Below, one piece after another: positions 11,576-24,330 of a DNA stretch of 64,000 nt (positions are counted from its first letter, which is position 1; each line of letters starts with the position of its first letter). The stretch is from NCBI GenBank assembly GCA_951406725.2, contig OX597826.1:1550001-1614000 (forward strand). The letters are read 5' to 3'. The translations under genes were made by a program, and so were the position numbers. Below the pieces are notes generated by a model that searched no databases, was not told the DNA's origin, and saw nothing but the letters and a program-made list of their open reading frames with translations. The DNA comes from Octopus vulgaris (taxonomy: Eukaryota).

Positions 11576-13599
11576 AACACGATATCATTTCTGCACCCAC
11601 CCTATTCACCAAATTTAGAACTTGCAGACTACCATCTCTTCCCCAAGATAAAAATGTAGCTCAAAGGTTGCTGTTTTAACACCATTATCAAAATCCAGAG
11701 TAAATCGCAGAAGGTCCGCAACTTGCTTACTGAAAACAACTTCCGGGCTGGATCCAAAAAATGGCAGGAATGCTGGGACTGGTATTGCTACACAAGGTGA
11801 TAATTTAGAAGGAGATGATGCTAAAACTTAAGGAAATAAGTTATTTTTTTATCAAACATAACTAGTCGTGGAATGTTCTGAAACCACCTTGTACGACCAT
11901 AAAATAGTTATCTATTTCTGAAAAATTCGATAGATCCTCAGAAATATGATAAGGAATTAAAGCAAAAGGAGAACAAAGATAAAATATTAGATTGTCTGGG
12001 ATTCTGGTCCATACATTATTCAGTGAGGATTAATACTCAGTCAAATTTCTAAAGTACTTAAGCTATGTCTAAATTAATTTTGAAAATGGCAAAGAATTTG
12101 GGAGGATTTAATGAAATCTTATAATTCTATCATTACTTAAGCACAATGTTTTCATGACCATATTTCTAAAGCATACTTATTCATGTATCTAAATTAATTT
12201 TGAAAATAACCAAAACCTTGGAACGATTTAATGAAAGAACCTTTTCATTATTGTAGCTGGTGATTTGGGAGTATAACTCAACAAAAGACTCTTACATAAA
12301 ATTCTGATGGATGGTTTTAATCTAAAAATGACTCTAGGGTTATCTGGCCTTTTTAACTATTTAACAAAACGTTAAAATAATAGAATAAAAAAATGATGCA
12401 ATTACACAGGGCAATTAACAAAGCTAGTTAAAATTAAACAAGTTATGCTAATTAAATTGTCTGTATAGTAATGAGCAATCTAGATTAATGATAAAGTTTT
12501 GACATGAATCCCTGAAGGCATTTTGCTTTTGTCAGTATTATCACTGCTGCCATTTTCTTCATTTCTTTCGACAGAATATAATAAAAGAAAGTTAACTTTA
12601 CATCACTACTGCTGTTCCCAGCATTATCAGTAACCTGATTGCTATTAGTGTTACCATTCTTGTCACTCGTCCTCCTATAAAATTATTAGAAATTACTAAA
12701 AAAAAAAAAAAATGCCAAAAACTGGTAGGAAACTTCTGAAAACTACACCTGTTAACTGTATGATGTAATCTGCAACATGATTGGTTTCTGATGAAGTTGC
12801 TAACCAATCAAGAAGAGGGTTACATTTGTAGGCTGATATATTAGTGATTGTAGTTGTTTTTTTGCTACATCATCGAATTTAATATCTTACTATAAGGCAT
12901 TACTTTCAGGGCTAAACCAAGGGTTTTGTGTTAAAGACTAGAAACAGTTGCAGATGGGTTGATAAAGAAATGGTTAAAGAACATCAAAATACAAATCAGA
13001 ATCAGAATCTTGAAATACCTGGCTGTGATCTCTAATAAGCAAAGAACATATTCAATGATATAATTTGGTACACCGGAAAACTACCCATTGAAATGTAGAC
13101 TATGGGGTACATTTCAATTTGAAGGCTAATGAGTGAGGAAGACTGGCTACTGAACAGACAGAGTAAAACGAGCCATTATAGGATTAGAAAGAGAAGTTTG
13201 GAAAAGGGAAGTCTAGGTGGGGGTGGGGAAACATAATCTAATTTCACAAAATAATTTTTAGATTACTAGTTTTGAAACCTTTTCACTAAATAACAATACA
13301 CTTCTACTAATATAGCTTTAGTATAATGAAAATGGTAAAACAAAATGTCAAATTTTTAACATTTTAGTTTATCGAAATTCAGATGGTAATGAGAATTGGG
13401 AAGAAGCGGTAGTGGAGAAGAAAATGCCAAATTTTTAATACTTTCATTTCTAAAAACAACAACAACACCACCAGACTACAACAATAGGAAAAACAGGATG
13501 ATCAAAGAAGATAAAAGCATAAACAGAAGAGGAATCCAAGGAAATGAAGACAATGGTGAGAATGAGGAAGAGGAGAAGGAATTGGTATTGCATGAATAA

Positions 13600-14000
13600 T
13601 TAATTGATCAGAAGAACTGAAGGTGAAGACATAACACAAGAGCTGTGAATTTGAAGACAACTTTAAATCATAAGACATAACATTAAACAGAAGAGAGCAG
13701 GAATTGGTTAAAAGATGGACAAGTTTATAAAAGACAAACAGAATCTTTGATCATGGATGAGAAAGCAGCTGGAAATAAATATTGTATTGCCACAGCAAAA
13801 GTAAAAATTGCCAAAAGTTAACAAAATAGCCAAATTCTAGCAGAGTAAATAAATGAAAGCGTTATACATTTAGAACTAATAAACTCACTCACTATATTGA
13901 GGAAATTTTTGTACAAATGATATGCTTCTGGTTGATCTGAATATGGAAAATGTAGAAACACCCACAAGAATTGGCAACATATAGATCTAAGGATGTGGAG
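13600..14000 (+). mobile_element. Highly decayed R4/Dong-like LINE remnant
   Basis: Short peptide traces EESRNWLKDGQ...KRQTESLIM resemble HQWLMASGLKSETEGFII of the element at 56640-57596. Confidence 0.3.
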
Positions 14001-14124
14001 TATTAGCAAAGAGTGAAATGTTGTACCTCACTGAGTCACTTCACATTCCAGAGCTGTTGTACGTGTTGCGTAGTTTCTGTGTTTCATAAATTTCACAGTC
14101 CAAAGCATAGAAATAAATAAGCTT

Positions 14125-14310
14125 TTATCTTTTACTTGTTTCAGTTATTAGACTGTGGCCATGCTGGGGCACTGCCATGAAGAATTTTTAGTCGCAGCTA
14201 TCAACCCCCATACTTACTCTGTCAGTCTCTTTTGCCGAACCGCTAAGTTACAGGGATGTAAACACACCAATACCAGTTGCCAAGCAGTGGTGGGGGACAA
14301 ACACAAAGAT

Positions 14311-14355
<45 letters not shown>

Positions 14356-14512
14356 TATGGTGTGATTCTTTCAGTTTCCATCTACTAAACTTACTCCCAA
14401 GGCTTTGGTTGGCCTGAGGTCATAGTAGAAGACACTAGCCTCAAGGTTCCACAAAGTGGGACTGAACCCTGAACCATGTGGTTGGGAAGCAAGTTTCTTA
14501 CCACACAACCAT
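14125..14512 (-). mobile_element. SINE family A
   Basis: Reverse-complement match to the family, with internal (CA)n. Confidence 0.85.
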
Positions 14513-15288
14513 AAATAGATAAATAACCTGAAGGCTATTGTAACAGAAGCAATGTAACCCAGAACAGACAGACATCATCATCATCATTTAACGTATATGT
14601 TCCATGCTGGCATGGAACAGCACAACATCTGGTTTCAAATGAAATAAGGATCTTGTATATGCTGTATAGGGAGTTGGAAATCTTCAATGAAAAGAGACAA
14701 TTTTCATGCAATTTACAAGATTCTTTTTGATTCCCCTAAAAACTGTCTTTGGCATGGATTTATCAGGTTTCATTTGCAAAGGATCAAATAAATAAATTTT
14801 CAGAAAAAAACATTCCCCTTCTTTCCTTTGCCCCCACCTACAAAAAAAGGGGGCAATTTTTCCACTGACATATTGTATATATTGCAAACTTGTAATGAGT
14901 TGTGGTTGTTTATTTTCTTTTGTTTTGTTTTTTTATAGAAAAATGTTAGCTTTTAGTATCAAGATTTATTCTAAATATTCCTGTTTTTTTTTTTCTTTTT
15001 GATAAAGGAATTTTATAAACATTTGAATCAAAATAAAATGAAAGTGAAAAAAAGTTGAAATTCAGATTGTTTTGATTTTTATCTTTTTTTTTATAAATTT
15101 TAATCTTATTTCAGTGAATTATTATTGTTGGTTTGTTTAATTCTGTTTTTCAACTTTGTGTCTTTCAGTAACCAAGAGTTACAACTAGTACTGTTGACAG
15201 TGTTTGGGACCTCTTAACAAAACCTCTGTAACTCTGACCCACTTACTGGAATCTTAGTTAATTTTGGATAAAATTATGTACATTAAAA

Positions 15289-15450
15289 TTTACATTATTT
15301 ACATTTGATGGATATTTGTCCTCATCTTGTTCGTTGATAACACAACCTTTTTGGCTGATATAAGAAAGCTGGAGGGTATATCAACCGAAACATTGTATTA
15401 ACAACAAACAAGATGAGGACAAATATCCGTCGAATGTAAATAATGTAAAT
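15289..15450. mobile_element. Short fold-back palindrome of the same hammerhead tail family as 11097-11575
   Basis: TTTACATTATTTACATT...TTGGCTGATATA is mirrored by TATATCAACCGAAACATTGTATT...AATGTAAATAATGTAAA. The junction falls inside the ribozyme, so the CTGA box is lost. Confidence 0.85.
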
Positions 15451-16473
15451 AACTACTGAATTATTCCTCCAATTGTGTTCACTTGTTGTGGAACTTTATA
15501 GCCCAGGTCCAACCTCAATATTATGCGTGAGACAGAATAAAATCTACTGTAAAATGTTTGCTTGATATGTTGTTATATCACTCATACGCAACGTCACATG
15601 ACATACCCACCTAAATAACAGCACAACTGAAGGAAGTGCCTCATTATGGCACAATTCAAAGGCTGAAACTAATGAAAGAAATAAAAACTGGAATGGAACT
15701 CTTCCCTTATCTGTGGTTGCTCTCTTTGAATGACACTAAAATGTTGCCAAACTTTAAAAATAAAATAATTTACAGAAAATCCATAATAAACAGTCACATA
15801 CTTTAAATAAAAGTAAACGAAATAACAAATGAAGTAAAAGTTAGATTTAATTGCTGCCAAATGGTTGCAGTTATTTGCGTTTAGGTTTGGGCTACAATAA
15901 AATAAAATGCAATGCTAAAGGTAATAATAACAACGATGATGACTTTGATGATAATAATAATGAATGTTAAATAATGATGATGGTTATATACTGATGATGG
16001 TTATATACACCCAAAAATGCTTTCGATTCTTTTTTTTTTCCTGTTTATGTATGATTTCGTATATTGGCAGAAATCTACCATTTTTGACAGAGAACGGTGC
16101 AGTCGATTGCATCAAATCAAGCAAATGACAAGAAATCCATATTTCCTTTTCATCAGGGAAGAATAAACAGATAAAAGAGACAGCCCCATCACTACCATCT
16201 GTATGTCATGCTAGGGAGTGGGGGAATCTTCCATAGTCCTGGGCAGACCAAAGCCCTGTGAGTGAACTTGATAGATGGGAACTGAAAGAAGCTTATCATA
16301 AAAGTACCTGTGTGGTATCATGTAAAATCACCCAGCACACACTCTTGGAATGGTTGGCATTAGGAAGGGCATCCAGCCACAGAAACCATGCAAAATCAGA
16401 CTGGAGTCTGGTGCGGCTCCTCAACTCTTGTTAAACCATCCAACCCATTCCAGAACAGACAATAGTTGTTAGA

Positions 16474-16860
16474 TCTCTTTTACTTGTTTCAGTCATTTGA
16501 CTGCGGCTATGCTGGAGCACCGTCTTTAGTCAAGCAAGTCGCCCCCAGGACTTATTCTTTGTAAGCCTAGTACTTATTCTATCCGTCTCTTTTGCCAAAC
16601 TGCTAAGTTACAGGGACGCAAACACACCAGCATCGGTTGTCAAGCGATGTTGGGGGGGGATAAACACAGACACACAAACACACACACATGTACATATATA
16701 CGATGGGCTTCCTTCAGTTTCTGTCTACCAAATCCATTTATAAGGATTTGGTCGGTCCGAGGCTATACTAGGAGACACTTGCCCAAGGTGCCACGCAGTG
16801 GGACTGAACCCGGAACCCTGTGGTTGGTAAGCAAGCTACTTACCGCACAGTCAGTCCTGT
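16474..16860 (-). mobile_element. SINE family A, full length
   Basis: Reverse-complement match to the family. Confidence 0.9.
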
Positions 16861-17346
16861 GTCTATGATCACAGATGATGATGATTTTTATATATATATA
16901 TATATAAGTACTGTTGTTGCTGTGAAAAATCATGACCAACCATTATGCAGTGCAGTTTGTGTCTGAAGAATAATGGTAAATCTAACTTAGTTTGGAAACA
17001 AGTGTTGGCAACATGAAGAGCATCTGGCCATAGAAAATCTACTTCAATAAAGTTCACGTGACCAAGCATGGAAAAATGGAGGTTAAGATCGTGATGATGA
17101 TGATATACATGTATATATATGTATGTTTACAGTGTGTCTGTAAAGTTTTCTTCACTCGTCTCTGACTGGAGTATTGATTAGATGTGTGCAGGGCAACAAA
17201 TGGAAGCTACGTTGAACTGTGCTAATCTGTACATAAACTTTATTAGTTGGTCTCTTTGCTCATCATGGATGTCAAATGTGTAATGTTGCAAGTTGAATCA
17301 ATAAAGTTCTGAAATTCCACCGTGACTTTACAAACACACTGTATGT

Positions 17347-17396
<50 letters not shown>

Positions 17397-17562
17397 GTGT
17401 GTGTGTGGGCACGGCTGTGTGGTTTGGGAGCTTGCTCCTTAATTATGGCTGAGGGTCTAATCCCATTGTGTGACACCAAACGTGTCATACATGCTGATTA
17501 AAGCCTTGCAAGTGAATTTGGTAGATGGAAAGCATAAGAAGTCCATTGTATGTATGTATGTA

Positions 17563-17637
<75 letters not shown>

Positions 17638-17692
17638 GATGGGGGTGGGGTATATTGCTTTGGCTTGGCATCAGGTGCTGGTTGTATCTGAG

Positions 17693-17860
17693 TCATCATC
17701 ACCATCATCATTTAACGTCCGCTTTCCATGCTAGCATGGGTTGGACGATTTGACTGAGGACTGGTGAACCAGATGGATGCACCAGGCTCCAATCTTGATC
17801 TGGAAGAGTTTCTACAGCTGGATGCCCTTCCTAACGCCAACCACTCCGAGAGTGTAGTGT
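17693..17860 (-). mobile_element. RTE-related 3' tail fragment
   Basis: (CAT)n followed by TTTAACGTCCGCTTTCCATGCTAGCATGGG...GGATGCCCTTCCTAACGCCAACCA. Confidence 0.8.
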
Positions 17861-18832
17861 TGCCAACATACAAATAATATTGCTCATTTCCAATATTCCA
17901 TGAAAAAAAAAAAACTATCTAACCATGGGGAAATATTACCTTGATTAGAAGCAAGCAAGGGTTGACAACAGGTAAAACATCCAGCCCTAGAAAATCTGTT
18001 TCAACAAATTCCATCTGATCCATGTAAGCATGGAAAAATGGACATCACACCAGTTACGACAACGATGACGACATATATGAGAATACAGGTCTATTGTGAA
18101 TGGAATATTTTTATAGGCATCACTCGTTCTCTCTCTCTCATATACGTGTGTGTGTGCATGCGTGTGTGCACATGTGTCTGTGTAAATACATAACTCGAGA
18201 ACTTATTAACCAGAACTTCGATACATTAATGTCTCGCAGTATCAATACACTAATACATTAAACTGGTCAACAGACTCTCACACTATGTATTTAACTAATT
18301 CTATTTGTTATATTATATTAATATATTAATATCTCTAATGGCTTGTGAGGGCAGCATTGTGAGGAAACAGTAGTTTGGTCCAATGCTTCTGTATGGTAAG
18401 AAGAGATTGGCTGGGTGTTTTGCTTCATAATAGCCATCGTCCAAGTAAGGAGAGGGTGTGTCTACTCTGTTGGATAATTAATAGCAGGAGAATGAGTATC
18501 AGAAGAATCAACTGTGCTAACCAATGCTTCAAGTTGTTATCAGTGTCAGCTTTTTGAAAGAATACCGAAGAGTTTGCAACATCAGCAAAAGGCAGTGGTG
18601 AGAGTTGGATTATGTGAGTTTCATTGTCAATGGAGACTGTTCCTCAGACATGGCTATAGGAAAATGGCGATGCCAGTGTATATATTGGTGCATATTTTTA
18701 TTTTGGAATAAAAACAATTTTACATTAAATTGAGGAATTACTCAATACATTTGGTAGAGTATAAATTTATTATTCTTCAACAAGAATAGTAAAGCTAGTG
18801 ATTTCGGAGTTTTAGTCAGCTAAGCCATTATC

Positions 18833-18897
<65 letters not shown>

Positions 18898-19430
18898 ACA
18901 CACATGTATATATTTTCCACAATTAATAATGAAGAATAAAATCTCAAATAAACCAAAATACACACACAAACCCACCCAAATATACACACCCCAACACAAA
19001 CTGTAACATACACTCATACACAAGCACACATTTTGTATTTTCTTCTTTGAAAGTGGTTCAACCAAAACAAACTGCTTTCAAATTTAGTTCTCAATGTAAG
19101 ATGTGAGAGTTTTATATTCTTTTATTATTTAGAACTTAGCACAACGTTTGTTTCAATAAATGTCTGACCAACATAAGACTTGTTGTTTGAAATGAACTTT
19201 GAGCCAATCTACAGCTGCTAAATGCTAAGGTTAAAAATGCATTAAAAGTTGTTTTTTTTACATTCATATATTTTTTTTCTGTGATTAAAACAAATTCAAC
19301 TTTTTAACATAAGAGGAAATATTTTCTGTTCTATGTTTTCTTGTGTGTGAAAAGAAAAATACAGCAATGTTTTCACAGAATAAATGCTTTTGTATTACAG
19401 TTTAATTGAAAATATATTGTTGTACATAAA

Positions 19431-19733
19431 GTGGAGACACATGGCCTAGTGGTTAGAGCAGCGGACTCGCAATCGAGGGATCGAGGGTTCGAATCTCAGA
19501 CCGGGCGATGTGTGTGTTTATGAGCGAAACACCTAAGCTCCACGCAGCTCCAGCAGAAGGTAATGGTGAAACTTCTGCTGACTCTTTCACTACAACTTTC
19601 TCTCACTCTTTCCTCCTGCATCTTGCAGCTCACCTGCGACGGACCGGCGTCCCGTCTAGGTGGGGAACCTATACGCCAAGGAAACCGGGAAACCAGCCCT
19701 TATGAGCCAGGTGTGGCCCGAGAAGGAACAAAC
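19431..19733 (+). mobile_element. tRNA-derived SINE, family C (V-domain-like)
   Basis: A box TGGCCTAGTGG, B box GGTTCGAATC, CCTGCGACGGACCGGCGTCCCGTCTAGG domain and ACAA tail. A close copy lies inverted at 49822-50130. Confidence 0.85.
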
Positions 19734-20163
19734 ATATTCATAAAGTAAGTTTGACATATATAAAAGAATTGAGAAGGAAAGAAGGAAGAAAAATATGGAT
19801 CATATTTTACTTCAAGTCTTTTGAATAGAAAAGGGTTTTTAGAGCATTTTTGTAAGAGTTGCAGCTAAAAGAAGATCTCTAGTAGAAGAAACGGGTGGGC
19901 CATATTTAACCAACCAGCATCCAGTTTATGCTGATCTTCAGCTTTTCAGTTTTGGCTAATTTTTTCCATATTTAAAACCACATGCAGATAAAGAATATGT
20001 AGGGATGTCACTATAAAGGATTGGATTGTCAGATAAATTTGTTTCATTCAAATGTTATTTGAATTAATATGAAAAATATTTTTATCTTAGTGCTTTTTGG
20101 TTTTTGTGGCTCTATTCTTCTGAAACTTCTGCATATCATTTTTGAAATTTGAATAAATCTTAC

Positions 20164-20191
20164 CTCATCCTAGATGTATAATAATGGAATG
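20164..20191 (-). CDS. Candidate 28-nt exon ending ATG AG|
   Basis: Minus strand ctgtttttttgtcttttaag|CATTCCATTATTATACATCTAGGATGAG|gtaaga, in non-repetitive sequence. Confidence 0.4.
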
Positions 20192-20589
20192 CTTAAAAGA
20201 CAAAAAAACAGGCATTTTTTGACACTTGCTCCTCTTTGCTTTCAATTAAGGTTCCAGGGTGACTTCATTCTAATACATTAAATTAAGCAATTTATTGAGT
20301 GTGTGTCTTTCCTGAAGCTTAAATCATTCAGCACCTGTTAAACTTATTTGAACACTGTTTGAACTGTTCAAATGAGATCAAACTACCAGCCTGATCAACT
20401 GACTGACATGGGTTATTTGATAACAGTAAACGTAATATATTATATTGTTTGTAACACCACTTTTACGTAACATTCGTATGTTTTTCAGTTATATGAAATC
20501 TACTTTTAAAACCTTTGTTAAACAAAATCCAGGATTGTTATCCCATATATTGATATCTAGGTTCCGTAGTTCCTTGAGAAATGGGTGCT

Positions 20590-21050
20590 GGGTGTAGAGA
20601 AGGATATCTCTTCTGAAAGAACTTAGCAGAAACAGCATTCAAACTTCAGGAGGAGAAAATTCAGCCTCACAAACTCTTTTCACTCAGGTCGGCCTGTTCA
20701 GTTTAATGAAGATCAATTGAACTAGTTCGTCCATGAGGATCCTCACCACTCCACTCTGTTAGGAAATTGGCCCTGGCAATGGGATGCTCTCAAGATGCTG
20801 TTGCCTGTCACTTTTACTCAATGAGTTCAGTCTGGAAACTCAGTGCATGGGCGCCACATGTTCTGCTCCTCTATCACCATTAGTTTGCTTACACAACATA
20901 AAGCTACTCGTGGGCATAAACTGAGATTTCTTTACCACACCATCACCAATGATGAAAATGGTGCTTTTACATCAATATGAAGCAGAGGAAAGAATGGCTA
21001 AGTGCCAAAAAGCAACCAACACCTTGAGCCAAGCCAGAGCTGCATCCATA
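20590..21050 (+). pseudogene. Decayed mariner transposase fragment
   Basis: Traces HSGRPVQFNED, VHEDPH, LALAMGCSQDAV, KLSAWAPHVL, RFLYHTITNDE...FYINMKQRKEWLS and AKPELHP across frameshifts. These match mariner SGRP, WVPHEL and TGDEKW motifs. Confidence 0.8.
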
Positions 21051-21723
21051 CCACAAGAAAACGACCTCATGAAACTGAGAAGGGCTGATTCAATACAAAA
21101 TGCAGATTTACATTCAGGAAATGCATCTTTGTAAGACAGAGGAAGATTTGGCTATTATTTCTAGTAAATTGAATGACCATATGAATGGCTTACTTTTTTT
21201 ATATTCTTTTTTTCTTACCTTTTTTTTTTTTTATTCTTTTGCAATTTTAATTCTGATCAGCTTTTTAATGACGCAACCATCTGCTACCACCTTACCAATT
21301 CTACTGACTCTTTCTTCCAAGTTTTGATATGTTTTCTTTTTAAAAAACATGAATAGCTAAATAGTGCAAACAGCAATGACCTTAACTTTATAGAATTATC
21401 AGAAAATTAAAAAAAAGAGAAACATATACAAAAATATAAAATGCTAATTACCTTTTGTTTTTCTGTTTATGTTTTGTTTTTGAGCTTTTTGTTTGATTTT
21501 TTTATAACAAAAACAAAAAAGTATTTCTTACCTGCAAAAAGAAAGAAAAACAATTTCATTAGGGAAAATATATAAATTTAAGAATGATTTTTATCAACAA
21601 TTATTCTGTAGAAAAGAATTACTAACAGTCATTTCTACTTTCCTACAACAACCAATTTTCATTCTTTTATGTTTACTTTGGGTTATCTTGCATCTCTATT
21701 TCAATGAGTATGAAAAAATCTGT

Positions 21724-21764
21724 TTCCCTGATGAGGTCATCACAAGACTGAAACATGTCTGGAG
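21724..21764 (+). ncRNA. Minimal type-I hammerhead ribozyme with intact core
   Basis: TTCC-CTGATGA-GGTC-atcacaa-GACT-GAAAC-AT-GTC|T-GGAG. Stem III is the palindrome ACATGT, the cleavage triplet is GUC, and AATAAA plus an A-run follows at ~21784. Confidence 0.75.
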
Positions 21765-22837
21765 TTATCTCCCATATTTACAGAATAAAAAAAAAAACAG
21801 GCATTAGTCAATTACTAATTCTGTTTTGTTTTTTTGTCCCATCAATTATTATTATTTATGTATTTTAAAAAACTTTAATGCTCCAGACATTATGTTAACA
21901 TTAACTCAACTATATTTCATTCTACACCAAAGATAGTTTAGATAGATGTATCACTCACGAGAGCATTGGATTACAAGAAAATAGTCCGTAGTTCACATCC
22001 TGTTACTGATAATACATTAGGTCAATTAAATATGTAAATACTAAGGAAGCTATTGCTACTAAGATGACAATTTCCTACTAACCTCATTTCAGAGAGCCGT
22101 GTTACTATTACCTTGCTCTGATATTATGTGAGTCATAAATGAGTGTCCTTTCCGTTTTCAATGTTTTTTTGAAAAACCTGTCTACTATAGGCTTGAGCTG
22201 ACCAAAGCCTTATGAATGGATTTGGTAGATGGAGACTGAAAGAAGCTTGTCATATATATATATATATATTTATGTGTCTGTGTTTGTCTCCACCACAATC
22301 GCTTGACAACCAATGTTGGTGTGTTTACATCCCTGTAACTTGGCAGTTCGGCAAAAGAGACTGATAAAATAAGTACTAGGCTTACAAGGAATAAGTCCTG
22401 GGGTTGATCTGTTTTACTAAAGGCAGTGTTCCAGCATGGCCGCAGTCAAATGACATACCCAGGCCTATTTCCCACAAGAACCACACCAGGCATTCCGTTC
22501 GTTTCCCAGCTCAAGGGTGGGGGGTGGGGGCGTTCTATGCTCAGGTCAACACATAGAAAACCTACCTGAACAAATTCCCTCTAACTCATGCAAGCATGGA
22601 AAAATAGACGTTAAAAGGATGATGGTGATGAAAACTGGTTCTGAAAGAACTAAAATTGCTACCAAACTATTGCCCCCTCCTCCCTGGCCCTCTCTGTATG
22701 AAGCAACCTGCATTGAATGACAACAACACCAATAACAACTACATTAAAAGATATATTTGAAAACAAGTAGAAGCAGTTGAAACAAACAGTGTTGGATGAA
22801 ATGCTATTCCAATGTGACTGTTAGGCAAAACATACTT

Positions 22838-23126
22838 GTAGTGGTGGTGGTGGTGGTGGTGGTGGTGAAGGTGAAAGTAGTAGTGGTTGTGGTGGTAGTA
22901 GTAGTAGTAGGTGGCAGTAGTAGTGGTGGTAGTAGAGGTTGTGGTGGTAGTAGTAGTAATAGTGGTGGTGGTAGTGGTAGTAGTAGTAGCATAGGTGGTG
23001 GTGTTGGTAGTGCTGGTGGCAGTAACAGTAGTGGTTGTTGTAGTAGTGGTGGTGAAGTTGGAAGTAGCAGTGGTGGTGGTGGTAGTAGTAGGAGGTGGCA
23101 GAAGCTGTAGTGGTGGTGGTGGTAGT
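22838..23126. repeat. Compound (GTG/GTA)n trinucleotide low-complexity tract
   Basis: Direct reading. Confidence 0.95.
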
Positions 23127-23466
23127 AATCCTGTATTGGAATGTTTTGGTCTCCATGATTTAAAAAGAATTCTAAGAAACAAGTCTAATGCTTCCGGTTG
23201 TCTTGTCCTGTGATCTTAGGTCAGCCCTGGTCAAGGATTCCCATGTCAGGCTGAGAGTTGTTTCAATGACTTGGTATGTGTGAGACAGAGATCTATTGTT
23301 CCTCTGACACCATAAACACTGTGACAAGCTGAGAAGAGTCACATGGGGTGTAATGTGAGTGTTTGGACGTGTAGTAGTCTCTTGTTTTTGGTCTTCTGTC
23401 ATGGGGTTGTTTTGCTCCTTTTCAGCCCCGGCCTAGCAGACCTCCTCCACAACATCATTGTTTTAA

Positions 23467-23672
23467 CCCTTTCGATACCAACTTGGCTGAAACTGCCTCT
23501 GTAGTACAAATGTCTTATTTTCATAAGTTTTGAATTAAAATCTCCCACCAAACCTTAGTCACAATTTATGTTCCTGAATGATAACTAAGTTATTTTACTA
23601 AATTCTTTGTTATATTTAAAATTAATTGAAAGAAACTCAGAGCATCTCAAAATAAATACAGTAATGAAAGGG
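23467..23672 (-). mobile_element. piggyBac-like MITE, family 1
   Basis: TTAA|CCCTTTCGATAC...GTAATGAAAGGG|TTAA; the interior is the reverse complement of 7151-7372. Confidence 0.85.
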
Positions 23673-24330
23673 TTAACATCCACTTTCCCATGCTTGCATG
23701 GGTCAGATGGAGTTTGGGGCAGATTTTCAATGTTGGATGCCCTTCCTTTCACCAACCCTCACCTGTCTCCAAGGAAAGTATTTCTCTGTGACCAGACATG
23801 GTTTTGCAGAATAACACTACTTGTGAGACACACATACACACACAAGCGATTGCCTTTCAGTTTCCTTCTACCAAATCCACTCGCAAGGCTTTAGTAGAAG
23901 AGACTTGCTCAAGGTGCCACGCAGTGAGACAGAACCTGAAACTATGAAGTTGGGAAGCAAACTTCTCCATCACCCAACCATTGTCTGTGTGTCCATGATA
24001 AAAATAAAGTTCCAGCTGAAGGAGGGGGACAGGATGAAACCTGTTGGAGGGGTGATGATCCTGAAATGGAGATGAGGTCAAATACAGGTCAGTCAGAACA
24101 GTAGGTGGGGCCTCACATTAGTGAAGCGGGGGTCAATGCACTGAAAGCTGTCAAGAGGAGGTCTCCAAAAGGGTGCAGATTCTCTCCTGATGACCCTGAA
24201 ACCAACTGACATCCAGTGTGTGGAGTCTTTGACTGATTGCATTTGCACTAGCAAAGCTGATACCAAGTTGCTCTAAACTGGATGAACTAAGAAACCCCTA
24301 GTAGTAGTAGTAGTAGTAGCAGCAGCAGCA

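Noticed and set aside
12788-12830. CTGATGA as a hammerhead start
   Set aside because: No stem II followed by GAAA.
19431-19505. tRNA gene (also 24331 and 50060)
   Set aside because: It continues directly into a SINE body shared by three copies.
19905-19945. Minus-strand CTGAAGA followed by a 7-bp hairpin
   Set aside because: No GAAA box or NUH after the stem.
22739-23213. Poly-T/V/G/H ORFs
   Set aside because: Trinucleotide low-complexity tract.
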